Shown here: piece after piece, positions 50,350 through 63,269 of the stretch
Numbering within the stretch: the stretch's first letter is position 1
Layout: every line of letters starts with the position of its first letter
Assembly: GCF_030028105.1 (NCBI RefSeq)
Contig: NC_092383.1
Span: 98,045,604 to 98,109,603, forward strand
From: Mobula birostris
Lineage: Eukaryota
Length of the DNA stretch: 64,000 nt
Direction of reading: 5' to 3'
The notes under the pieces: generated by a model
Seen by the model: only the letters and a program-made list of their open reading frames with translations
Databases searched by the model: none
Told to the model about the DNA's origin: nothing
Translations under genes and position numbers: made by a program

Positions 50350-52170
50350 TTGTTTTATGGAATCTTGGTTAACCCTTTCCATGCCAGACACAGTGATTCA
50401 AATAGACGGGTTCACAATATATTGTCAAGTAAGTCAGTCAAGTCTCTCAAAAGTAGAGGCCATCTTGATAAAGTCACTAAGTGATTATTATCAAGAAATC
50501 ACCAGTAGTACCAGAGGAAATAACTCTCTGGATCACAGTTACACTAAGTTCAAAAGTGCCTGCTGTGTTATTCCACACTCACACTTCGGGAAGTCTGATC
50601 ACCTACTCCCCGAGTACAGGCAGAGCCTGAAGACTGCAGCACCAGTAGTGAGGACCAAGTGGGTTTGGACAAGCGGAGCACGGGAGCACCTGCTGGACTG
50701 CTTTGAATTGGTGGACTGGACTGTATTCAGGGATTTATCTTTGAATCTGGATGAGTATGCTGCAGTTGTTACCGACTTCATCAAAACCTGTGTGGATGAG
50801 TGTGTGCCTACGAAAACTTGCTGTACATTCCCAAACCAACAGCCATGGATGAACCAGGGGGTTTGTCGTCTGCTGAGGGCTGATGCTATTTGATGCTATT
50901 TAAGTCTATTTAAGTTTGGTTACTCATGTCTGTACAAGAAAGCCAGGTATGATTTGCTGAGGGCTATTTCAAGAGGGAAGAGACAATTCTGAGTGAGGTT
51001 GGAGGTGACATCGGATGTACATCAACTCTGGCCGGATTGTAGGACATTATTTTCTACAAAGTGAAACCCAATAACATGAACAGCAGCGATACTTCACTAC
51101 CAGACATGCTCAACACCTTTTATGCCCGCTTTGAAAGGGAGAATAAAATTACAGCTCTGAGGATCCCTGCTGCACCCAGTGACCCTGTGATCTCTGACCC
51201 AGAGGCCGGTGTCAGGCTGTCTTTCAGGAGGGGGAGCGCTCGCAAGGCAGCAGGTCCCGATGGAGTACCTGGTGAGGCCCTGAAAACCTGTGCCACACAA
51301 CTGGCAGGAGTATTGAAAGACATTTTCAATCTCTCACTGCTACAGTCGGAAGTTCCCACCTGCTTCAAAAGGGCAACAATTATACCAGTGCCCAAGAGTA
51401 GCGTGAGCTGCCTCAACAGCTGTCGTCCACAGTGCTCACATCTACAGTGATGAAATGCTTTGAGAGGTTGCTCATGGTCAGACTCAACGCCTGTCACAGG
51501 AAGGACCTGGACCCATTGCAATTTGCCTATCGCCACAATAGGTCTACGACAGATACGATCTCAATTGCTTTCCACACTGCCTTGAATCTCCTGGAGAATG
51601 CAAATTCCTATGTCAGGATGTTGTTTATTGACTATAGCTAAGCGTCTAACACCATCACTTCCACAGTACTGATAGAAAAGCTACAGAACCTGGGCCTCTG
51701 TAACTCCCTCTGCAACCGGATCCATGACTTCCTAACCGGAAAACCACAATCTGAGCCGATTGGAAACAACATCTCCACCTCGCTGACAATTAACACTGGC
51801 GCTCCACAGGGATGTGTGCTTTGTCCACTTCTGTACTCCCTCCACTCCCTTGACTGTGTGGCGAGGTATAGCTCAAACAGCATCTGCAAATTTGCTGTTG
51901 AAACAACCATTGTTGGCAGAGTTTCAGATGGTGGTGACGAGAGGGCGTACAGGAGCGAGATATACGGGTCAGTTGAGTGGTGTCGCAGTAGCAACCTTGC
52001 ACTCAATGTCAGAAAGACCAAAGAGCTGATTGTGGACTTCAGGAAGGGTAAGACGAGGGAACACAGACCAATCCTCACAGAGGGATCCAAAGTGGAGAGA
52101 GTGAGCAGTTTCAAGTTCCTGGGTGTCAATATCACTGAGATCCTAACCTGCTCCCAACATATTGATACAA
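50350..52170 (+). mobile_element. Rex1/Babar-like LINE (APE remnant plus RT); a probable 3' continuation lies at 58580-58935
   Basis: GKSDH, KAAGPDGVPG, MKCFERL, DPLQFAYRHNRST, CKFA and [11 protein letters not shown] motifs. Confidence 0.85.
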
Positions 52171-52171
52171 A

Positions 52172-54140
52172 TATAAACATAGAAACATGGAAACATAGAA
52201 AATAGGTGCAGGAGTAGACCATTCGGCCCTTCGAGCCTGCACCGCCATTTATTATGATCATGGCTGATCATCCAACTCAGAACCCTGTACCAGCCTTCCC
52301 TCCATACCCGCTGATCCCCGTAGCCACAAGGGCCATATCTAACTCCCTCTTAAATATAGCCAATGAACTGGCCTCAACTGTTTCCTGTGGCAGAGAATTC
52401 CACAGATTCACCACTCTCTGTGTGAAGAAGTTTTTCCTAATCCCGGTCCTAAAAGGCTTCCCCTTTATCCTCAGACTGTGACCCCTCGTTCTGGACTTCC
52501 CCAACATCGGGAACAATCTTCCTGCATCTAGCCTGTCCAATCCCTTTAGGATTTTATACGTTTCAATCAGATCCCCCCTCAATCTTCTAAATTCCAACGA
52601 GTACAAGTCCAGTTCATCCAGTCTTTCTTCATATGAAAGTCCTGTCATCCCAGGAATCAATCTGGTGAACCTCCTTTGTACTCCCTCTATGGCAAGGATG
52701 TCTTTCCTCAGATTAGGGGACCAAAACTGCACACAATACTCCAGGTGTGGTCTCACCAAGGCCTTGTACAACTGCAGTAGTACCTCCCTGCTCCTGTACT
52801 CAAATCCTTTCGCTATAAATGCCAGCATACTATTCGCCATTTTCACCGCCTGCTGTACCTGCATGCCCACTTTCAATGACTGGTGTATAATGACACCCAG
52901 GTCTCATTGCACCTCCCCTTTTCCTAATCGGCCACCATTCAGATAATAATCTGTTTTCCTACTTTTGCCACCAAAGTGGATAACTTCACATTTATCCACA
53001 TTAAATTGCATCTGCCATGAATTTGCCCACTCACCCAACCTATCCAAGTCACCCTGCATCCTCTTAGCATCCTCCTCACAGCTAACACTGCCGCCCAGCT
53101 TCGTGTCATCCGCAAACTTGGAGATGCTGCATTTAATTCCCTCATCCAAGTCATTAATATATATTGTAATCAACTGGGGTCCCAGCACTGAGCCTTGCGG
53201 TACCCCACTAGTCACCGCCTGCCATTCTGAAAAGGTCCCGTTTATTCCCACTCTTTGCTTCCTGTCTGCTAACCAATTCTCTATCCACATCAATACCTTA
53301 CCCCCAATACCGTGTGCTTTAAGTTGCACACTAATCTCCTGTGTGGGACCTTGTCAAAAGCCTTTTGAAAATCCAAATATACCACATCCACTGGTTCTCC
53401 CCTATCCACTCTACTAGTTACATCCTCAAAAAATTCTATGAGATTCGTCAGACATGATTTTCCTTTCACAAATCCATGCTGACTTTGTCCGATGATTTCA
53501 CCGCTTTCCAAATGTGCTGTTATCACACCTTTGATAACTGACTCCAGCAGTTTCCCCACCACCAACGTTAGGCTAACCGGTCTATAATTCCCTGGTTTCT
53601 CTCTCCCTCCTTTTTTAAAAAGTGGGGTTACATTAGCCACCCTCCAATCCTCAGGAACTAGTCCAGAATCTAACGAGTTTTGAAAAATTATCACTAATGC
53701 ATCCACTATTTCTTGGGCTACTTCCTTAAGCACTCTGGAATGCAGACCATCTGGCCCTGGGGATTTATCTGCCTTTAATCCCTTCAATTTACCCAACACC
53801 ACTTCCCTACTAACATGTATTTTGCTCAGTTCCTCCATCTCACTGGACCTTCTGTGTCCTACTATTTCTGGAAGATTATTTATGTCCTCCTTAGTGAAGA
53901 CAGAACCAAAGTAATTATTCAATTGGTCTGCCATGTCCTTGCTCCCCATAATCAATTCACCTGTTTCTGTCTGAGGGGACCTACATTTGTCTTTATCAGT
54001 CTTTTCCTTTTTACATATCTATAAAAGCTTTTACAGTCAGTTTTTATGTTCCCTGCCAGTTTTCTCTCATAATCTTTTTTCCCCTTCCTAATTAAGCCCT
54101 TTGTCCTCCTCTGCTGAACTCTGAATTTCTCCCAGTCAAG
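52172..54140 (-). mobile_element. Young 5'-truncated CR1 LINE
   Basis: ORFs 53290-53955, 52904-53329 and 52277-52876. aaacatagaaacatggaaacatagaaa tail. Confidence 0.95.
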
Positions 54141-54827
54141 ACATCAACTATACCTACCCTGAACACTCCGTGGTGACTATTGACCCCGTACCCACCGATA
54201 TACGTACCCACGAGACACCGCGCACTCCAAACCCTACACAGACACCACACGACACTCCCATACTGGGTGCGATGCACACGCACGAGGGATTACCAACGCC
54301 TAATGTGCTGGCAGCTCAAGTCAGGCCGGAGCCAGCACAACCGCCGTGCGACACATGGGGGCAGCCATCTTGGTCGGCGCCACCTCCCACTGCCTACGAC
54401 CAACGGTGCTCACGGGGCACCCCACCGCACCGGACCAAGACAGCGGCCCAACCCTGGCTTCCGTGACCCTCGACCAAAGCGCTCTCCACCAGCTCAATGA
54501 TGGACATCCTGGGGGAGGGGCGCAGGACAAGCTGCCTGTTTGACACGGGCAGCACGGAGAATTTTATCCACCCAGGCACGGTGCAACATTGCGGACTCAT
54601 GATATGGCCGGTAAGTCAAAGGGTCACCATGGCTTCCGGGTCGCATACAACAGACATCCGGGGGGGTGGTTGTGTAGCGACGCTAGTGGTGCAGGGCAAA
54701 CAATATCGAGACTTTACGTTACTGGTCATGTTTCAACTGTGTGCCCCTGTGCTATTGGGGCTCGACTTCCAGAGCCACCTGAAAAGAGTGACAATGGAGT
54801 ATGATGGACCCCTCCCACCAATTACTG

Positions 54828-55758
54828 TCGACCTGGATGTGGGGGTAGGAGGGTGGGTTGGCAAGTTTGCAGACGACACAAAGGTTGTTGGTGTTGTAGA
54901 TAGTGTAGAGGATTGTCAAAGATTGCAGAGAGACATTGATAGGATGCAGAAGTGGGCTGAGAAGTGGCAGATGGAGTTCAACCCAGAGAAGTGTGAGGTG
55001 GTACACTATGGAAAGACAAACTCCAAGGCAGAGTACAAAGTAAATGGCAGGATACTTGGTAGTGTGGAGGAGCAGAGGGATCTGGGGGTACGTGTCCACA
55101 GATCCCTGAAAGTTGCCTCACAGGTAGAAAGGGTAGTTAAGAAAGCTTATGGGGTGTTAGCTTTCATAAGTTGAGGGGTAGAGTTTAAGAGTTGCGATGT
55201 AATGATGCAGCTCTATAAAACTCTGGGTAGGCCACACTTGGAGTACTGTGTCCAGTTCTGGTCACCTCACTATAGGAAGGAATCGGAAGCATTGGAAAGG
55301 GTACAGAGGAGATTTACCAGGATACTGCCTGGTTTAGAGAGTATGCATTATGATCAGAGATTAAGGGAGCTAGGGCTTTACTCTTTGGAGAGAAGGAGGA
55401 TGAGAGGAGACATGATAGAGGTGTACAAGATATTAAGAGGAGTAGATAGAGTGGATAGCCAGCGCCTCTTCCCCAGGGCACCACTACTCAATACAAGGGG
55501 ACATGGCTTTAAGGTAAGGGGTGGGAAGTTCAAGGGGGATATTAGAGGAAGGTTTTTTACTCAGAGAGTGGTTGGTGCGTGGAATGCACTGCCTGAGTCA
55601 GTGGTGGAGGCAGTTACACTAGTGAAGTTTAAGAGACTACTAGACAGGTATATGGAGGAATTTAAGGTGGGGGCTTATATGGGAGGCAGGGTTTGAGGGT
55701 CGGCACAACATAGTGGGCCGTAGGGCCTGTACTGTGCTGTACTATCCTATGTTCTATG
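54828..55758 (+). mobile_element. CR1 3' fragment inserted between Gypsy protease and RT
   Basis: KFADDTK through a ctatgttctatgt tail. Very similar to 3325-4256. Confidence 0.92.
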
Positions 55759-58350
55759 TAAATTCCCGGTTTTGTAGAGATATGTCACGTACCCCGCTAC
55801 TGACCGCACACACACACCGTCCCGCGCATCCCACCCAACATCATGCCAACTGCCACACTACCGACGCCACTTGCGGCCTCTCCACCCTCAGGATCCCTCC
55901 CCCACCGCTGTTCGCCAACCTGACCCCCGACTGTAAACCTGTGGCAACTAAAAGCAGGAGGTACAGCGCGGGGGACAGAGCTTTCATTAAGTCGGAGGTG
56001 CAGCGGCTGCTCAGGGAGGGGGTCATTGAGGCAAGCACAAGTCCTTGGAGGGCGCAGGTGGTCGTTGTTCGGAACAGGGAGAAGAATAGGATGGTCGTGG
56101 ACTATAGCCAGACCATCAATAGGGTCACGCAGCTCGACGCGTACCCCCTACCCCGCATCGCGGATATGGTCAATCAGATAGCACAGTACAAGGTGTACTC
56201 AGCCATAGACCTAAAATCCTCTTACCATCAGCTCCCCATCCACCGGGAGGACCACCCTTACACTGCCTTCGAGGCAGACGGCAGGCTTTATCAATTCCTG
56301 CGCGTCCCCTTTGGTGTCACGAATGGTGTATCTGTCTTCCAGAGGGCAATGGACCGGATGGTGGACCAGTGCCAACTGAAGGCCAGGTTCCCATATCTGG
56401 ATAACATCACCATCTGTGGTCAGGACCGGCAGGATCATGACAACAACCTCCAAATATTTCTCCAAGCGGCCAAAGCCTATAACAAGGACAAGTGTGTATT
56501 CGGGACCACCCGGCTTGCTATCCTTGGGTGTGTCGTGGAGAAAGGAGTCATTGGCCCTGACCCCGACCGTATGCGCCCCTTGTTGGAACTCCCTCTTCCC
56601 AACACCCTCAGAGCCCTCAAAAGGTGCCTGGGCTTCTTTTCATATTACGCCCAATGGGTCTCTAACTACGCAGACAAGGCCCGCCCCCGGTCAAGTCCAC
56701 CACATTCCCCCTCTCAGCCGAGGCCCACGCGGCCTTCAACCGCATAAAAGGGGACATTGCCAAAGCAGCAATGCATGTGGTGGATGAGGCCATTCCCTTC
56801 CAAGTAGAGAGTGACGCCTCCGACTTTGCACTGGCTGCTACCCTCAACCAGGCGGGAAGACCGGTGGTGTTCTTCTCCCGTACCCTTCAAGGCCCTGAAA
56901 TTCGGCACTCTGCAGTGGAGAAAGAGGCCCAGGCCATAGCGGAAGCTATTAGGCACTGGAGGCACTATCTCACCGGCAAAAGGTTCACCCTGCTAACTGA
57001 CCAGCGCTCAGTCGCATTCATGTTTAGCAAACAACAGCGGGGCAAAATCAAAAATGATAAAATTCCGAGGTGGAGAATCGAACTCTCCACCTACAACTAT
57101 GACATCATGTACAGGCCTGGGAAGCTCAACGAGCCCTCCGATGCTCTATCCCGGGGAACGTGCGCCAGCGCGCAGATCGACCGGCTGTACGCCCTACATG
57201 TAGGTCTTTGCCACCCGGGGTCACCCAGCTTTTCCACTTTGTGAGAGCCCGGAACCTGCCTTACTCCCTTGAGGAGATCAGGACGATGACCAGGGACTGC
57301 CAAGTCTGCGCAGAGTGCAAACCGCACTTCTACTGACCCAAAAAGGCACCACCCATCAAGGCCACCCGCCCCTTTGAGCGACTGAGTGTTGACTTTAAGG
57401 GCCCCCTTCCCTCCTCCGACCGCAATGTGTACTTTCTTAACGTTATTGCCCAGTACTCACGGTTTCCCTTCGCCATCCCCTGCCCCGACACCACTACCAC
57501 GTCAGTTATAAAAGCCCTGCGCAAGCTCTTCACTCTGTTCGGATACCCATGCTATATCCACAGTGACAGAGGGTCCTCGTTTATGAGTGACGAGCTGTGC
57601 CAATATCTACTGGCTAGGGGAATTGCAACCAGTAGGACCACGAGCTATAATCCCTGGGGGAATGGACAGGTGGAGAAGGAGACTGGCACGGTGTGGAAAG
57701 CCACACTCTTAGCCCTCAGGTCAAAGGGATTGCCGGTCTCCCACTGGCAGGAGGTCCTTCCCGAGGCACTCCACTCCATCCGCTCCCTGTTATGCACGTC
57801 CACCAATGCCACCCCTCATGAGCGGCTCTTTTCTTTTCCCAGAAAATCGACCACTGGAACCACCCTACCAACTTGGCTGACGTCCCCGGGGCCAGTGCTG
57901 CTTCGGAAACATGCGAGGAGCAATAAATACTCCCCGATAGTCGAGAGGGTTCACTTACTTCATGCGAACCCCCAGTATGCCTACGTGGTTTTACCTGATG
58001 GGCGGGAGGACACGGTCTCCATCCGCGACCTGGCGCCCGCAGGAGCTCCGGGCCCCTACCCTGAACACTCCGTGGTGACTATTAACCCCGTATCCACCGA
58101 TGTATATACCCATGAGACACCGCACGACACTCCCACACCGGGAGCAACGCACACGCAGGAGGGATTACTGACACCTAACGTGCTGGCACCTGAAGTCAGG
58201 CCAGAGCCAGCACAACCGCCATCGCCGGTGCTACGTAGATCACAGCGACGGACTCGACCGCCTGATAGACTTGACCTGTAAATATACTTCTTGTAAATAT
58301 TGTCAGTCACTTCACCCCGCGGGACTCTTTTTTAAAAAAGGAGGGGTGAA

Positions 58351-58579
58351 TGTGGTAAACCATGTATATATGTTGTAACTCGGTTACCTGTCTGGACGCA
58401 CCCCTCTGCTGACTGCCCCTGTGGCTCCTCCCACAGAGTCCTGTATAAAGGTGTTCGTCTTGCCCCTCCCCCTCAGTCCGGGGGCAGACACTCACTGTGG
58501 AGGTCGTATTGTACAGTGAATAAAAGCCTTTCAGTATTTTACCCAACCTCAGTCTTTTGGAGTAATTGAAGGTGCTTCA
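58351..58579 (+). mobile_element. Gypsy 3' LTR (229 bp)
   Basis: Follows the PPT aaaaaggaggggtgaa. TG...CA ends, tataaa at ~58445, aataaa at 58519. Confidence 0.85.
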
Positions 58580-59659
58580 GGTGGGCATCCATCGTTAAGG
58601 ATCCCCACCGCCCAGGACAGGCCCTCTTCACACTGTTACCGTCAGGTAGGAGGTACAGGAGCCTGAAGGTACACACTCAGCGATTCAGGAACAGCCTCCT
58701 CCCCTCTGCCATCCAATTCCTAAATAGATATTGAACCCGTGAACACTATCTACTGTCACTATATTTTTTTATTTATTTTGCATTACTTATTTTAACTTAA
58801 CTACTTAATAGACGTGTATATATTTAATGTAACTCAGTTTTTTTCTCTATATTTATTTATCATGTGTTACCATGTACCGCTGCCGTAAAGTTAACAAATT
58901 TCAAGACATATGCCAGTGATGTTAAATCTGATTCCAGTTATGACTGTATCGAGGTGGCAGGGCCTCGGCCCGAGAGTGAAGGACGACCCGAGGTTTGACC
59001 AATTTAAGTGCCGGGCTGAATTGGAAAGGTTGGGTACAGGCCAACTCGAGGCAGTGAGGCACGGACCCGAGGGTGTATCCAAACAGCAGTATCTTGTCCA
59101 AGAGTGAGGAATGAGCTGATGTTTGGACGATTTACGTGCCGGCCAGATTGTAAAGGTCAGGGTGTTGGGGTCAAAGGTAAGGTACAGGCCAGTGTTCACC
59201 ACGCTGCACAGTGAGATTTACTCATCTCTGTGCTGAACTGAGGCTGCGGCCTACAATTATCAGGCTCCTGGATCAGCTTCAGTGATGCCTGGCTTCGTGG
59301 CTGTGGACTCACTTTCAGGATCTTCCGTTCTGAATGTTATTTGCTTACTTTCATTGTTCACACAATTTTTTTTACTGCACATTGGGTGTTTGACGGTCTT
59401 TTCTTAATGGGTCCTATTGGGTTTCTTTGTTTTGTGGCTGCCTGTAAGGAGACGAATCACAAAGAGATATATATATAATAAAAATACTTTGATAATAAAT
59501 GTATTTTGAACTTTAACCTACTAACTGGTAGATCTTGGGTTGTGGTACATTTGTTTAGATTGGAAACAGGCAACAAGAGGGAGTAAAGGAAACATTTTAA
59601 CATCATGATGAATTACTGGAAGAGTGAGTCAGCAGAGATTTGTTGAAGTTGTTATGGCC

Positions 59660-60160
59660 GGGGTTGGTAGTGGGGATAATCTTCCACCACCTATGAAATG
59701 CTCCCAATGGTGTGTGTCTCAAATACCTCTGACAACCAAGTCCAGCTCCTGACCTTCACGTGTGGGTCAGCTACTAAGCTCAGTGGAACAGTTTCTACCG
59801 ACAGGTAAAGGGGTAAAGGTGGGTTAATTCAGCAGGTTAAACCAGTGGCTTTGGCAGATGGAGAAAGAAAAGTCTGATCTCAAACCTCAACGGATTTGCG
59901 ACTATACCCACTCATGGGGAAGGCTTCAGGGAAACGTCTGGAGCTGGAGTGCCTAAGGCTGTTGACTTTAATGTCTGGTAACCCCAGCGACACTGCTGGT
60001 GCCAAACTGTATTGGATCTGCCATTCCTTTGGGTTCATCAGATGTGTGGAGAGGGATCTTGCTGCACGGGCAACAGCTTGCTCTCCATATTGTACTGTCC
60101 AGGCTTGTGTATCCAGACAGCTAGGAGGCAATATCCATGGTCAACCCTGGCCAATGGAGG
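59660..60160 (+). mobile_element. Non-coding interspersed repeat, possibly an RTE-clade 5'UTR
   Basis: Recognised by general resemblance only; no coding motif. Confidence 0.3.
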
Positions 60161-60233
60161 CCTCTGAGTCAGGGACCATATTGCTGTGTGTGAGTGTGCT
60201 GTGTCACTCACTGGGACACTATATTCAGTGTAA

Positions 60234-61096
60234 TGTTACATGCCTCATGGATATCTTGTGATTGTTTTATGAGGATGATGTAATGGTCTTGCGGAGGTCA
60301 CATGATGTAATTTTCCCGCCGATGTCAGGTCAAGTGATGACCTGTTCTCACCAGGTATGTAAGTGTGGATCCCTGGTGACGCAGTTAGTTTTCCAGTTAG
60401 AACGTTAGCCAGATACTCCGCTCCACTGCGTATTTGTTTTATGACACAGTTTCCATTTAGAACGGAGTTTTGGGTTCTATTGTAAGGTACAACAGTGTTG
60501 GGCTGGCAGTTTAATCAATTGCTGCCAGGTTTGTTGATGTATCTCTCCAGTAGTGTTGGAGAGTGAAGACAAGGACCTGAAGGAGTTGTTCGACGGTTGA
60601 AAGGATCGACCATTATTGAATTTGTTCAAGAAAGACTGATCTGCATGAGATAGCCTCTGCTAAAAGTGGCAGGAAAGGCTGTGCAGGATCTAGTATCCAG
60701 AAGGATAGGTCAGTGCCTTTAAACCGTTTTATTTCCGTTGTCGTGAATCCTGCGGATAAGGCAGGATCTGGATGGGACTGGCCTGATGTCGTGTCTTCGT
60801 GGAATTATTTGCTTCAGGGAAGTCTCTCCTAATTGACTGTATAAATCTCTTGGACTTTCGAATTTACCATTCTAAGAACTGTGTTTGAATTTACTGCTTT
60901 AAGAACTGTTCTCGCATTTATCACTTTAAGAACTAGTACTGAGTGGCGGTTTGTTAAATGGCCGCATGGTAGTTTACTTCCGATTAAGATTTTCGTTTGT
61001 TTTTTTTATATTGAGCAGAATTTAATAAATGTTTGATTGTTTTTATAAAACCTGACTCAACTCAATTCTATATTCATTGTTGCCGGTCACGTGATA
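60234..61096 (+). mobile_element. Solo LTR with a 4-bp TSD
   Basis: tgttaca...gtgata (degenerate CA), flanked by gtaa at 60230-60233 and 61097-61100. aataaa at ~61024. Confidence 0.7.
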
Positions 61097-61439
61097 GTAA
61101 TGAACACACAGGGTCTCACCCAGCACAGCACAGCATGAAGGCTGAGGAACAAACACTTTGCTGAGCTCAGACCTCAGTCTGGAGAAGTCACAAGCAGTGC
61201 CCTCGGAAAATGGGATCCCTGAACATGACAGACCAGGCCTTTGACTGGAGATACAGTGTGTGAAAACAGATACAGACTGTTCAGGCCATTCACACCAGGT
61301 CCATTCTCCCTGTGTGCTGAGCTCCCTCCGTCTCAGGTACATGAGATTCCCCAATGTTGGTTCGATCCCTTCCGGCTCCTGTCTCAGTTTCGGTGGATGT
61401 GACGGGTGTGTCCTCCAAACTCACACTGACTCAGCCTCA

Positions 61440-61780
61440 CTACACTGGGACCGTGTGAATAGTCAGAGGCTTTTCCCCAGGGCTGAAATGGTTCCCACAG
61501 AGGACACGGGTTTAAGGTACTGGGGAGTAGGTACAGAGGAGATGTCAGGGGTAAGTTTTTTACACAGAGAGTGGTGAGTGCGTGGAATCGGCTGCCGGCA
61601 ACAGTGGTGCAGGCAGATACGATAGGGTCTTTTCAGAGATTTTTGGATAAGTACACGGAGCTTAGCAAAATAGGGTAAGGTCCTATGGGTAAGCCTAGTA
61701 ATTTCTAAGGCAGGGACATGTTTGGCACAACTTTGTGGGCCAAAGATCCTGTATTGTGCTGTAGGTTTTCTATGTTTCTA
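61440..61780 (+). mobile_element. CR1 3' fragment
   Basis: cagaggcttttccccagg..cagagagtggtgagtgcgtggaat segment and a tttctatgtttctatg tail. Confidence 0.8.
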
Positions 61781-61914
61781 TGAGCCCAGCTCTGGACACG
61801 GACAGTCAGTGGGGCTCAGTAAACAGGGGAACACACAGGATCTGCCCTCAGCCAGTAATTAGGAGTGTTTCAGGAACCGGTGAAACCTGAGCCCCTCCGC
61901 AGTGTCTTACTCAC

Positions 61915-62238
61915 CGTACACCTCCAGTCGCACTGTTGTTATACTTTCAGCTCCTGAAACTGCTGCTGCAAACATCACCTCGTAATCACCAGAGTCCTCT
62001 CTCCGTAGATCATGGATTTCCAGACTGAAGTTCCCAGGATGAAAGGTTATCCGTCGCTTGTACTCGTCAGGACCGAAGTAGCTAACGTTACCCTTCGAGT
62101 ACTTCACTATCATGTTTCTGGGTGATACCCGTCTCCACACAACATCAGCAACGTCCGGTCCGACTGGGATCCCAGGATGTAAGGAGACCGAGTGTCCCCG
62201 AGCTCTGTTCACGGTGGTCGGGGGAGCCCCAGTCCCAG
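61915..62238 (-). CDS. CD2/SLAM-family receptor, Ig V-set exon
   Basis: 324-bp phase 1-1 exon (ctcttgtctcctcag| and |gtgagt). Encodes ..SVSLHPG..VVWRR..RITFHPGNFSLEIHDLRREDSGDYEV..LEVY. It has no B-F disulfide, as is typical of CD2/SLAM V domains. Splicing to the C2 exon gives LEVYEPVS. Confidence 0.93.
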
Positions 62239-63269
62239 CTGAGGAGACAAGAGGAGACAGTCAGCAGATCAGCTCAGTGACTGGTGGAGGAATCAGAGCT
62301 GTGAGAATCATAGATATAGCAACAGGCCGTACGGCCCATCGTCTGTCTCCCAGCCCTGTGAGAGAGCTGGCCCACAGATCCTCCATCACACAGTGAGCCC
62401 ATGGGGGGGGTGGGGGAACAGAATGAAGACTCTCTGTACCCCGCCCTGAGGAAGAAATCGCAGCCTGCAGGCGGGGGGGGGGGGGATGTGCTCAGACATA
62501 TCCTGGGAAGTTTGGGGGGCTGACACTGGGACACACCTCACTGTGGGTGTGCAGGGGTCAGGGGTCAGGAGATAGAGTGATTAGACTCGAGGTGACCACC
62601 ACTCAGCTGGAATTGTCACTGGACCCGGGTCCCCAAACCCTCCTCCAGAGGTGGCTCATCACACCCTGAACCATCCTCGGGAAATGTCCCACCGGGTGCA
62701 CCACCCCTCCCCAGTCTGCACTGTCTGAATCTCTCTGGCGTCTGGACCACTCGTGACAGGTGATGAGGAGGGTCCCGGTGAGTCTCTGTCTGTGAGGAGC
62801 CCTCCCCGTCTACCTCAGGACCCCGCGTGGACAGTCCGGTGCTACAGGCTTTGGGCAGATTACTGTGGTCCTGGGGGAGGGGGGGGTGGCATGGTCAGAT
62901 TTCCCTACGAAGTTCAAGAGGTTGCAGCTCCTTGTGAGTATCTGAAGGGCTGTTCTTCAGCCCCACTGTCCCCGGTGGGGAGGGGAGGAGGTGAGTACAA
63001 TAAAATAATACTAACACCAAACCCCCCCCCCCAACGCAATGGGGTCTAGAAAGAAAGGTCAGAACAACCTGGACTGGATCCAGCTGTTCCCCGTGTGAAG
63101 GGGAGCTGCATCTGTCATCAGCTGGAGACGGTGGTGCTTAGTGGGGCAGGAGGACTCCGGGGGACCCCTCACCATCTGTGCTGGTGTGGGAGAGAGGACA
63201 GGACCGACTTTCCCAGACAGGAGGGGAACCAAGCTGGGTTCCTCACAGCATGGGAATGTGTGGGGACAA

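Larger units (their letters stand above)
54153..58579 (+). mobile_element. Rearranged Ty3/Gypsy retrotransposon (protease, RT, RNase H, integrase, PPT, 3' LTR), defective
   Basis: FDTGS protease; SPWRAQVV, DAYPLP and YLDN RT; DASD..EKEA..TDQ RNase H; HVGLCHPG..CQVC and HSDRGS integrase. Frameshifts and stops present; no 5' LTR. Confidence 0.92.
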
